64,000 nucleotides of DNA from Octopus bimaculoides. Lineage: Eukaryota. Positions within the stretch are counted from its first letter, which is position 1; every line of letters begins with the position of its first letter. Below the pieces are notes generated by a model, which saw only the letters and a list, made by a program, of their open reading frames with translations, searched no databases and had not been told where the DNA came from. This document shows, piece after piece, positions 1 to 13,270 of the stretch. The translations under genes and the position numbers were made by a program. The stretch covers positions 16,930,416 to 16,994,415 of the forward strand of contig NC_068994.1 of assembly GCF_001194135.2 (NCBI RefSeq), in the 5' to 3' direction.

Positions 1-571
1 TGCAAGGGGTAACATGAAATAAAGTGCCTTGGTAAAACCTTTTTACATTTAAACTGGTCATATCTGGTTTCAAATATTCTACCTATTTTATATCCAAACT
101 GGTGAGATCTGGTCTCTTATAACTATGCTACAATGTCATTCAAAAAAGAAAACCTAAACAATCAAATTATTGAAATCTCAAGGCTACAAGATAATGCATA
201 ATAATATTCATAACAATATGAATAAATAAACATTACATTTGGTAGAGGAATCTGATTGCTAAAGAGTTGAAGGGAAAATGTATTGCCCAGCCCAGGAATT
301 AAACCCACAAATCTATAACCATTACTCAAGCTCTCTAACCATTAGCCCCCATATTTGCATATTTTGAAAGCATGCATGCAGGCACATACACACAAGCATG
401 CATACATATGTGCAAACAACACACATGCATGTGTGCAAACAAACACACATGTATACACATACACATTCAGATGTGTGTTTGGCCATTGTTTTGTTCACTT
501 GTCATCAATAAAGGCCTTCCATTACTTACTACATGCATACATATATACACACAATATATTCCTTATGTTTA

Positions 572-777
572 AGTCATTAGACTGCGGCCATGCTGGGGCA
601 CCACCTTGAAGAATTTTTAGTTGAGGGAATCAGCCCCAGTACATTTTTTTAAAACCTGGTACTTATTTGATTGATCTCATTTACTGAACTGCTAAGTTAC
701 AGGGATGCAAACACACTGACACCAGTTGTCAGCTGGTAGAGTGGAGTCAAATACAGACACAAAAACGCACACAGTTT

Positions 778-830
<53 letters not shown>

Positions 831-988
831 GGCTTCTTTCAGTTTCTGTCTACCGAATCCACTCACAAAGCTTTGGTCGACCCAAGGCTGTAGTAGAAGA
901 TACTTGGCCAAGGTGCCACACAGTAGGACTAAGCTCAGAACCATGTGGTTGGGAAGCAAGCTTCTTACCACACAGCCATGCCTGTGCC
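572..988 (-). mobile_element. tRNA-derived SINE family BC (head, internal (TA)n, body)
   Basis: Head with GGTTCTGAGCTTAGTCC B-box variant and CORE-like CCTTGG(G)CAAG; body ends GGCCGCAGTCTAATGAC. Confidence 0.8.
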
Positions 989-1318
989 TAATTTGATTGT
1001 GTATTTTTAAAAGCACATTGTAGGGTAGGTGTGAGTGGCCAGATATAACTAGTTTAAACATAAAACAGATAGAATATTTCAGATTAAAGTAAAAAAAGTG
1101 GTGACTCAAAATAATATAAGTTGAGCTATTTAGTTTTACCACTCTAGGTTCTGAGTTCATATCCTGCCAAGACTGAATTTGTATTTCATCCATATGAGGG
1201 TAAAGAAAGTAAATTAAATGCCAAAAAATATATTATGGGTTGTAATGTAGTTGACTTTTGTTTAAGAATTGACTTAGCAAGGAAGCCTCAGTATAGAACA
1301 GTTTAGGAACATGTTTAA

Positions 1319-1537
1319 CACTTTAGTATTTAAACTGGCCATCTCCAGCCCAAATATTCTACCTGTTTCATGTTCAAACTGGCCAGATCTGGCCTCTCAC
1401 AGCTACCCTACAATATCATTCTAGAAATAAGCAATTCATCATTTAAATCTCAAAGGTATGAGTTAATGCATAATTAATTCAAAACGATGTGAATAAATAA
1501 GCATTATATTTGACAAAGTAATCTGAATGCTAAAGGG
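1319..1537. mobile_element. piggyBac-like MITE (~210-240 bp)
   Basis: TTAA-C(C)CTTTAG(C)ATT...AATGCTAAAGGG-TT(A)A termini; further copies at ~35-270, 9340-9550 and a 3-prime half at 50049-50145. Confidence 0.7.
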
Positions 1538-1560
1538 TTTATTTGTATTTCTTTTTCTAG

Positions 1561-1709
1561 GTGTCCTCCTTGAACTGTAACCCTTGCTGTCATGTTGTCG
1601 TTGTAGGACTCAGTACTGGTAGACTTTGTGTGCTAGATATCACTGAAACAACAGCACCCCGTCTAATTTATAGTAAAGCAATTTGTTCATATTCACTTAC
1701 TTGTTTACA
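1561..1709 (+). CDS. CFAP43: CFAP43 exon (WD40 region) [49 protein letters not shown]
   Basis: ttttctag acceptor, gtaagt donor, 149 nt, ends phase 2. Confidence 0.85.
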
Positions 1710-4596
1710 GTAAGTATCAACTGAAGTACAATCTGTGCTTAGAATTTGAATATTCTGGTTACTACTTTAAAGTTTATTGAGAGGAAATTCAGTTGCTTTT
1801 CTGAAATTAACAACTAATATTTTAACATGTCATTTACATAAAACTCTTAGTCATTGAATTATATGAATTATATATAGTACATATTTTTTCTATGCCTGTC
1901 ATCTCTGAAGAGCTCGTGGTGTTAGTTAACCACACTTTTACCTAACAGCCTGTTATCTAATATCCAGTGTGAAACCAATTGGTAAGATTGAATGAAATGG
2001 ATCTATATTACTGTATGCTTTGATTGATATATATATAAATATATATGAAACAACATTCACACCTGGCTCCAATTCCCTTGCTTGTGTTTTTCTCTCATCC
2101 ACCTGTGCTTTTCTTTTTCTTCTGATGAAGGACTAATGTCTGAAATGTTGAGACTCTTTTCCTTCAAGCTAATACAGTATTTGTCAAACATTGATTCTGC
2201 TGTATTGTCTTTTTCTTTTCTTTTATTGCTCATTGCATTTACAATATATATGTATATATACGAATGCATATATGTGTATGTATATATGAATATATATATC
2301 TATATATATGTACGTATATATATTTATATGTATGTATGTATGTACATATATAGGCTAGTCTTGCAGAATAGTATAGCAACAATTATCTCTGCCTATGCCA
2401 CAAGTGGGCCCACCAAATGAACAGAAGGACCACTTTTATGATATTCTTCTGCAGATTACCTCAAACACGAATGATAATGACCTCATCTTTGTGGCTGGGG
2501 ATTTCAATGGGCATGTCAGACGGCAGCCCTGTATCTTCCATGGTATACATGGGGGCCATGAAATTGGTTCCTAAAATGAAGAGGGAACAAAGCTACTGGA
2601 GTTCTGTGATGCATCACCAACTTCAGGAAGCCAGCCAGCCACCTGATAACCTATTAATCAGGTGACTGTGATAATCAGATTGATTACATTCTCACCAGAC
2701 AGCAGGATGCATGGTTGCTCTTAAGTACAAAGATCTTCCCTGATGAAGAATGTACCCCCCAGCACAGGCTAGTCATTAGTGACATTAGACTCCAGGTCAG
2801 AAGGATACCAAGAAGCAGACCTAACTGGAAAAGAAGGATTTGGAAGCTTAAGGACCCTTCATATGGTCAGAGATTTAGGGACATCCTAATTGAGAAATTT
2901 GATGAGAGAGAGAGAGGAGGAACTACAGACTTGTGACATAGAAGGCAACTGGGAATTCCTGCAGGACAGCTTACTGAGTGCCACAGACCATCCAGACCTA
3001 GGGTGATGTGGTGGTGGAACAATGCTGTAGACAGGGCCATTAGTGCAAAAAAACAGGCCTGGAAGGCCTGGAAGAGTGGGTATAGTAGGGAATTGTATCA
3101 GATAGTCAGAAGAGAATCTAGGAGACAGGTATATCTAGCCAAGGGAGAAGCAGAAAAGAAGAATTTTGCCTATGTTCAGTGATGTAAGGACCAAAAAATT
3201 AAAATGTTTTGGATTGCAAGACAATGTGTGAGAGAAAACTGTGATGTCATAGGAGAGACATGTGTCTGCATGGATGATGGTGCTCTTGCTTTTAATGATT
3301 CTGCAAAGAAAGGGGTTTGGAAATGCCATTTTGAAAAACTGTTGAACATGAAGAATGAATGGGAGGAGGAGAGTCTTCCAAATGTTGATCCAAATTGACA
3401 ATACTTTGGTAGATAAAGCAATTAAGGATATGAAGACAGGGGAAGCCCCCGGCCCATCAGGAATCACCACTGAGATGCTTAAAATATCTGGCGGTGTGGT
3501 TTATGGTCTATTCACCCGTATTGTAAATCAGGTGGTTCATGAAAGAGTCATACTCAATGACTGGTGTAGCAGTACTATAGTCAGCTGCTACAAAGGTAAA
3601 AGTAATGCCTTAGATAGAAATAATTACAGAGGTATCAAATTGTTGGATCAGGTGATGAAAGTTATGGAGAGAGTCATAGTCCAACTAATTAGGGAGAGAG
3701 TTAGTCTAGATGAGATGCAGTTTGGTTTTGTGCCAGGGAAAAGCACCGCCGATGCTATATTTCTGGTAAGGCAGCTGCAGGAGAAATACATAGCTAAAGA
3801 TAAACCTCTGTACTTGACTTTTGATGAATTGGAGAAAGTCTTTGACAGGGTCCCCTGATCCCTTATCTGGTGGTCAATGCAGAAACTAGGTATAGACAAG
3901 TGGTTAGTGTGAGCTGTACAAGCTCCTCACCCAGCTCTTGTTCATCATTGTCCTCCAGGTAATAACAGAGGAATTCTAGACAGCCTGCTCCTGGGAGCTC
4001 CTCTATGCTGATGACTTTGTTCTTATAGCTGAATCACTACCAGAACTACAGAAGAAGTTCCAGGCATGGAAGCAAGATCTAGAATTAAAGGGCCTCAGAG
4101 TTAACCTAGCAAAAACTAAAATCTTAGTAAGTAGAAAGGCAGACAAATCACAAATCCCTTCAGGTAGATGGCCCTGATTGATCTGTAGAAAAAGCATAGG
4201 TAGAAATTCCATAAGATGCACCCAGTGTAAGCTTTGGACATATAAGAGGTGCAGCAATATCAGAGGTAGGTTAACAGGGAAAATACCTTTGGTGTGTGGA
4301 AGATGCACAGGTACAATAAACACCAAGAATGTACAGAAAATAGACTCCATCAACTGCCAGTGGGGTAAGCTAGAGGTAGTTGATAGTTTCCATTATCTAG
4401 GTAACCAAGTTAGAAGTAGAGGTGGATGCTCTGAGAGCATAGCTGTGAGAATAAGATTACGCTGGGCAAGATTCAGAGAGCTCCCACCCCTGCTGGAAAC
4501 AAATGGCCTCCCTCTCAGAGTGAAAGGCAGATTGTATAATGCCTGTGTGTGAACAGCTATGTTACATGGCAGTAAAACATGGGCTGTGACAGCTGA

Positions 4597-4632
<36 letters not shown>

Positions 4633-4897
4633 ACCTCTAATCATTCACGCTTACCTCTAATCATACATATTCACATGTACATATTTAATTTCAAGTGTTA
4701 ACATGTAGCATAATTAGTTCTAATTGTAAGCACAGGCATGGCTGTATGGTAAGAAGACTGCTTCTTAATCATGTGGTTCTGGGTTAAGTCCCTCTTTGTG
4801 GCATCTTGGGCAAGTGTCTTCCATTATAGCCCTGGGTTGACCAAAGCCTTGAGAGTGGATTTGGTTGATGGAAATTGAAAGAAGCCTATTTTGAATA

Positions 4898-4933
<36 letters not shown>

Positions 4934-4934
4934 T

Positions 4935-4965
<31 letters not shown>

Positions 4966-6784
4966 GAGGATGGTGCAATGTGTGAGTGTGTCTATGTGCT
5001 TGTGTTTGCTACCCACAACTACTTCACAACCAGTGTTGCTTTTAGAAAATTTACTATTTTTAAATCTCACAGCATGAGATATTCAGCAACAGTACTTTGT
5101 AGTAAAGATTGTTTGCCAACATAACATGGCAGTCCTGGTTTAGGACTAATGCTGCTGTAATTGTTTTGAGCTGAGTGGGGGTGCTAGATTCCCTTGTTCG
5201 AAAATATAAGGACACAGATCATGTCGTATAGCCAGCTGGAGACGATGTCTCCTGGGGCTAAATTACAGCAACATTACAGTCCTAAACCAGGACTGCCATG
5301 TTATGTTGGCAAGCAATCTTTACTACGGTGTTGCTTTGTTTACATCTGTCTAATTTAGCAATTCAGCAAAAGAGACCAATGTGATAAGTGTCAGGCTTAA
5401 AAATAAGTAGTAAGTTTGATTTGTTGGATTAAACCCTTCAAGGTGGTGCCGCAGCATGACCGCAGTCCAATGGCTAGGACAAGTAAGAAATAAAAGATAG
5501 AGATTTCGTATTTGATAATCACCATTGTTGTTGATATGTATCTTTTATCTTCTATCTTACACTCATTTCAGTCATTAGTTTGTCACCATGGTGGGGCATG
5601 ATCTTGAAATTTTAGTCAAATGGATCGGCCCTAATACTTATTTAAGCCTGGTACTTATTTTATTCGTCTCTTTTGCCGAATCACTAAGTTATGAGGATGT
5701 AAACACATCAAGTGGTGGTGGTGGTGGGGAAACACAGACACACACACACACACATGACAGGCTTCTTTCAGTTTCCGTCTACTAAATCCACTCACAAGGC
5801 TTTGGTCGACCTGAGACTATAGTAGAAGTCACTTGCTCAAGGTACCATGCTATGGAACTGAACCTGAAATCATGTGGTTGGGAAGCGAGCTTCTTACCAC
5901 ACAGCCATGCCTTTATTTAATATTCAACACTCCCATTCACCTCTTGCTGTTGATATTAGTTGATTCTCATCACTATTCAATGCTCATTCCAGTTGTTGAT
6001 GCCTGGTCTGTATTTAACATATACTCTACTGTTATTTCATCATCTTCACAATATTAGCTTAATTTCATTTCGTCACATTTTTTCTTCCTCCAGCTATGAC
6101 CGGCAGGCTTGTTACCTGTTTGTTCTCACCAACAATAAGATTCTCTTCATCCTTGATGCTGGTATTAAGACTCGTTATAAAATATACGGCTTTCTCGGTG
6201 AGCTTTTTCTGGTTTTCTTTCCTTGTATTATTTCCTTGTTCATATAATAGCCCCAGGTTAGGACTGATCAAAAAGGCATATGATCAAATGTGCATCTAAT
6301 ATGTTTTGTATGTTGGTGGCAGTGGCGCCATCATCAGCAGTGGCGTCATCATCAACAGTGGCGTCATCATCAGCAGTGGCGTCATCATCAACAGTGGCGT
6401 CATCATCAGCGGTGACGTCATCATCTGTGATGACGTCATTGTCAGCGGTGGCGTCATTGTTATCAATGGTGTCGACAGCAGCATTTCAATGTCTCCATGC
6501 TTGCATGGGACAAACAGAATTTAGAAAAGCAGATTTTCTCTAATTGGATGCCCTTCGCATCACCAGCCCTCACCTGTTTCCAAGTAAGACAATACTTCTC
6601 CATGACTAGACATGTTTTCATGGAAGATTGGAAATGAAGGACACTGCTTATATGACAGTGATGCTTGTTTACAACTATCAAGGCAAGAAGACAATAACAC
6701 ACGCACACACACACACACAAACACACACACACAAACACACATACACTCACACACACACAAACACACACACACAAACACACATAC

Positions 6785-6831
<47 letters not shown>

Positions 6832-9800
6832 TACATATACATTCATACATACACACACATACAGGGTGTGAGGGCTGAATTTGACTGTATGCAATAAAGG
6901 AAAAGAAAACACAATATCTCATCCAAAAACAAAAGTATTTTCAGAAATATAAAACAAGAATCAAGTAGATTACAGCTGGGAGTTAACAATTTATTCAAAG
7001 TATTCATTCCTCACTGTGTCCAAGGGAAGATCTTCAAAGATCTCCTTAATCTTAGCCACCAGCTTGGCCTTGGTGTTGCAGGTAGAGAGATTAGTGTGTT
7101 TCTCAACCACATCCCACACAAAGTAATCCATGGGATTACAATCAGAGGAATTAAGAGGCCAGAAATTGGTTGGTGGTGAAGTTGTAGTAGAAATTCTCCA
7201 GTGACTATTTTTGACTTTTTTCAGAGGTATAGCAAGGAGCTGAATCCTGCTGCCACACATATGACCTTCTAGCAGCAGCCCTCTTCAGCTAGGGTTTGAC
7301 CACCATTTTCAGCAGCTTTACATAACCATCCAAATTGGGCTCAAGACCTTGTTGAAGGATATGGAAAATGAATTTTATTATGAGGATGCAGTCAGAATGC
7401 CTGCTGGCCACAGCTTCATAGTCTTTGTTGCAGCTGTCGCAGAAAATGATATGCAATATGCAAAACAAATGCCTATAGAACAACTTAGACCAACCCAAGG
7501 AAGAGGCACATAATCCATGTTGTCAAAATATTTTTAATGTCATCAGGTCAATATACCTATCATCAGACAAAATACCGAACTAAAATATTTAATTGCTAAT
7601 TTGTATATTTGTTGAAAGTAAAAGGCAACCAAAAAGCTTAGAGCCATTGTTATCAAAGGTAAAGTTTGACTAAACAACAGTAACAACTCCGTTAAATACT
7701 TGCATTATGAAGAAATATATATTGGCCAGACAGGAAACTCATTATAGGAATGAACTCAGGTATAGCAGCAACAAATCAGAGACCTTAAGGTCTTTCAGAT
7801 TGTATTAGGTGATCATTTAGAAACATGCAACAAGGAGAGTTTTTTGATATCCTTCTTTTACAAACTTTAAGTGAAGTTAGAAGATGAGTAAGGGAAAAGA
7901 ATTTTATTGAGAATCTTAAACCCATTCTGAATGGACAATAATATGAAGAAGAATAGTATCAATATTGATGTTACTTAAAAACTGTAGTAATTACTGACAG
8001 CATTATAAATCCAAATTTGCACTAAATTTCATTTAAAGATATTTAAGATGAGGACAATGACTTATAGTATCAGATATTTCTCAAAATCTGGTTGTAGCCA
8101 AATCCTCTCTCAGTCTTTCTGATTGGTTAAAATGTTTCTAGAAATAAGAGCTGTCAATGTCTACTGTTTTACCATGCTCATCAAACCATGACACCTAAGC
8201 TGCGTGCTGATTGGTTAAGATTGTGTTCATAAGCTTCAGCTTGCTTGAGCTTATCTTCTGTAAACTTTGTACTCATGTGACTCTGCTAAAAAACAGTGTT
8301 AACCCACATCCACAGGCCCATTATTTTTTAAGAGTTATGTTGACAGCTCCCCAGCTAAAACAACTTTCATAAACCATCTGGGGCTCAGATGCATGTATGT
8401 CATTTATCAGATGATGATCCCTGATTTTCTGTCCATGAAGATATTGTATTTTAAGCTAGTGTTTACATCTATGTTACATTCAGTAAGTCTAATGAAGGTC
8501 AGTTTAATGATGGTGATAATAATGAGGATGATGCTTGTGACAGCTCCCCAGCTAAAACAACTTTCATAAACCATCTGGGGCTCAGATGCATGTATGTCAT
8601 TTATCAGATATCATCACAAATCATCAAAGACACATGCATTTTTAATACAAAACCACATTAAAATAAAAATCACAAACCAAAGAAAACACAAACATGAGCA
8701 AAGAAAGAAAAAAAGAGGAAAAAGGAGAAGAAAGAAAGAAAAAGAAAGAGAAAAACGTCTATTCAACACTCAGTACTTTAACTGGTCACACACCACAAGG
8801 TTCAATGGAATCTATTGTAGCAACACAACATGCTTGTGGCATTACCACAGGTAGTCACAAAAGATTCTCACTGCTATTGTACTGAGAAAATGCAAACATA
8901 ACAAAATGATTTTGCCAATATGAGTTCACATCAGTAATCGCCTAAATAAACTGCAACTTTTCATTTAGTTAATTAGTCTATTATACATTCTGAACTCTGG
9001 TTTCATTGATAACTTTTTTTGTTTTTGTTTTTGGCTTTATAGAAATGCCCAACTTGTTATTGTCTGTTGCCACAGAGAGTACTGCTGGTGTCAAGGTTTA
9101 TGTCTCAGCTGCATCTGACCACATGGAACAAGAAACAGAATTCAATAAACTTATATTTTTCTATTTGGAACCAAACTTCAAAAGTAGTAAGTTTAAACGT
9201 GTCATTACTGAGCATCAGCAATTTTTTTTCCTTTTTACGAAGAGTGTTAAAGCTTGTTTGAAACATTGTGACAAAGATGTAAAGAAACAATATGGTGAGA
9301 ACAGAGAGCTTCTTACAATGCAGAAATGAAAAAGTTTAGCCCTTTAACATTCAAACCAGTCATATCTGGCCCAAATACTCTGTGCTTTGTGCAAACTGGC
9401 CAGGTCCAGCCTCTTGCACGTACCCTACATTGTCATTCTAAAAATAAACAATCATATTGAAATCTTGGAGTTAGAAAATAAGCCACGATTTATTCAAAAC
9501 TGTGAATAAATAAGCATTACATTTGACAGAGTAATCTGAATGCTAAAAAGTTAATGAACTTCATATATTTCAGGTACAACACACCATCATCAGGAGTAAA
9601 CAGTCAAAAAATGTTAGTCTTTATCTGATACTGACCGTGTTGATCATTGTTCAACATTTCTTGTCTGTTTACTTCTAATGATGGACTTTTGTGTCAGAAA
9701 TATCTAAAGTTTATTAAACTTTTTCCTCTTTGCATTGCCAGAAGCTCTCAATCTTCACTATTTTTATTTTTTAAAATTCTTTTAAAATTTGTTTTGATGA

Positions 9801-12800
9801 TTTTTATTTGTTTTCCTTCTTCTGTTATCAAGCAATCACATAGCAGTTCTCTCATTGGCTTATTTTCATTTCTAAGTCATTGGTTGATCCCTCACAGAAT
9901 AGGTAACACAGTTTTTTTCAGTTGTTATTTTTATTGACCAGTATCTCCTTGAGAATGAAGCTAATAGTGTTTTTTTTTTAATCTCTTTGGAACTTGATTT
10001 TATGTTTAAAAAATTCTAACTCTAAATAATTTTAGATTGGTGCAAGCTATTTCTGATTTTGAACATGTTCCTGTCAAGCTAGAAGTTTGTAATAACCCCT
10101 ATCTCCTCTTCCACCTTTCTGCATATTAGTGTGGTCACATAAAAAGGGAAGATATTAAACAGTACAGAATCTATGTAATTTTCACATTGAACAGCTTAGA
10201 TTTCTGCCTTCCAACAATAATTAAAGCCATAATCACTGTGTTAAAGTAGTTTAGGGATTTTCAAATTTGGGTGAGAAACCAAACTATCTGCGAATTTCTT
10301 GTAGGAGTTCTCTATTTATGGTGTGAAAAGACTTTGACAAACACAACAAGCAGGTTACTTCCTGCATTTATCTTAAGCTACTTTGTAACAAAGATTATGT
10401 TGAGTGTACCTTGTTCTTTGTGGAATCTACACTGCAACTCTGGTCTGATGTTTTCTAATATTGATTGAATTAGTCTTTGAGCAAGGTCTTGGCTATGACC
10501 TTCTCAACAATGGACACATTTGCTATATCCTTACCGACTGAAGAAACAGATTTCTCTTCTTAGTTTTAACAGGTAGTAATGATATTAGCACCCTTCCAAT
10601 ATCGAAGTAAATACTCCTGGTTCCACACCTCTGTGATGTAGTGATCAAGAGATCTTGTGCTGAGATAAACATCCTCCTTCAAGGAGGTGATTTTCTATTT
10701 TTTAATGTTTTGATGGTAGCACTAACTGCATGGTGTAACAAGAGGCTGGACGATGAACATTTCACAGATTTCCTTCAGGACTGCTGGATTCACTGATTTA
10801 GGATCTAGTGGAAGTGTTTTCCTAGGGTTCCTCTATTATTGACTCATATATTTCAGTAATATCTGATGGTTGATATCCTTGAACAATTTCCTAGTGCATT
10901 ATAAGTGCCTTCATCACTTCATAGAAAACATGCATAACATGCTTATCTAGGTGCATCTAAATTTCTTGAGTGTTAGCCATCTATCATTGATTTTTCAGAA
11001 CAGAAAGAGTGAATAAGTCTCACTCCAAAATGCTTGCTTTTGTTTTGCTTGAGTGTGTTATGAGTAATTGTCCCAGGTGACTTTATGGGCCTTGTGCATG
11101 TAATTCAGGGGCCTGCTGATTATTCTGGTGTTCTCCTTGAGCCAGTCTTATTTCTGATGGTTTTAGCAGCTGCATTATAGAATTTGAACTTTATGAGAAC
11201 CATTTGTCATCCATGCCAGCTTTCAGAGTGATGAGTGCCCAAAGTGATGAGTACCTTTGAAGCTGTAAGTTTGACATCGAGAGTGAGTGATGGAAGTCCT
11301 TACAAATATTAGGACTGTCAAGTTTACAACATTCGAGCATCTTGATGTTTGATGCTCTTGCACATTGTTAGGGATATCCTTCGTTAGTATCACTTGATGG
11401 TCTGACCTACACTCAAGTGTTTGCATAGCTTCAATGAGCAGAACATCCTTGAAGTCCAATTACCTGACCATAATGTGGTCATAAGATGCTAGTATTTAGA
11501 TATGGAATGCACCTGTGAGGTTTTCATGTTTGTTCTTTTACTGGAAGATGGTGTGGATAATGTTGATGTCATATTCTGCCCACAGAGGAATAAACCTGAC
11601 ATTGTTGCTGTTTTCCAAATACTGGTTCTGATCACTTAATCCTAGGAATTTTTAAATTCCTCCTTAGTAGGGCCATATTTATGTATGGGCTAATATGAGA
11701 TATGGCCAAGGGGCACCTATTTAAAGCAACCAAGTAAATAATTTATAAGTTTTTTTACTTGTTTAATTTTTTAAATCCAATAGTGTTCTTTTAAAATTAT
11801 TGAATTCTGTTTTGATTTAGTGGGCCCATTTAGATTTAAAAAGCCATTAAATCTGAGTCCCTCTGAATCTACCAAGTCTCTTTTAATTTTGGGGGTCTCT
11901 TCTAACTGTTTAGGGCCTGTAAATTTAATGAGGTCTTCTTTATTATGCTTTGAATTAGCAAAATCATAAGGGGTTCCCAAAAACGTAACCGTCCATGGAC
12001 CCTTCTTGGTCTAAATCCAGCACTGTTCCCTAGTCTTGCTTTAAAACCCCTCATTAGAATGTCTTTGTCTTGTTTAAGTAATTTAGTCAATGTTATAAGA
12101 GGACTTTGCCCCAATAATCCCAGAATATTGATGTTGTATAGGCACTTGGTTTCATAACAAAGTGGCTCTCTCCAAGGGGACATTAGCTATTCACTAACAT
12201 CAGAGAGTATCTGAGTTACTTTAAGCAACAGAATATTCCTCACAGAAAAGCTTGGTGATGTCCATCCACAAGGTACTCATCTAGAAGAATGAATAACCCT
12301 CATTAATCTCATTTTTGTTTTTTGTATGGCTGAATCCCAACCTAGGTTGCAGCAACAAAGTCTACCCACCACACTTCTTGGTCCAACACCATTGCCTTGA
12401 TATCCTGGATATACTCCAAGCCAGTGGTCACGATCACATTGATGTGTGACAACATTTTCCTCTTCTTACATCATCATGAAGTAGGTTCCACAAGACTAAT
12501 TTGGATGTTTCCAGTTCAGGGTGGTACACACACTGACCAGATAGTTGCAGCCATCTTTGCCTGATCTTGCTAGCTTTCAGCAGGTCTCCATAAAGGCATT
12601 CATTTGTCATAGGTTGCTACCATTTCACATTTAGGGCCATTCATAGCACTCTTGTGTAGCAGCCATCTAACCCATTTGAGAACTCTCTCAAAGAAGCCTG
12701 TTCTGATTGAATGCAGAAATATTTATATTACAGCATGTCAGTTTACTGGCTATGGAAGTTGCTCAATACTGCGGTTTCCTTATCAATGTACTAGCATCGA

Positions 12801-13239
12801 GCAGTATTCACATAATCTATGTGTTTAAGATGCATATATATATAGAGCTTTCTAAGTTTATCTATAGATTTTCTATAGGATTTAGTGCCAGTACTGAAAA
12901 TTACATTTATGTTGTAACTTTCAGCATTTGCTTTAAATTCTATAGAAAATCTATAGAGATAAACTTAGAAATAAGAACATCACAAAAGTAAAGCCCAATA
13001 ATGACTTGTAAACCTTTAATATACTTAGTAGTATATTATAGTTGGAAAAAGAAATACTGTGTCCTTGGTTCTGGGTTCAGTCCCTTGTGTGACACCTTGG
13101 GCAAGTGTCTTCTACTACAGCCTCAAGCCAACCAAAGCCTTGTGAGTGAATATGGCAGATGAAAACTGAAAGAAGCCCATTGTATATATATATATATATA
13201 TATACATATATATATACATATATATATACATACATACAC

Positions 13240-13270
<31 letters not shown>

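Noticed and set aside
6316-8609. Short direct repeats as a CRISPR-like array
   Set aside because: Eukaryotic intron; contiguous tandem units or a single duplication with no unique spacers and no cas genes.
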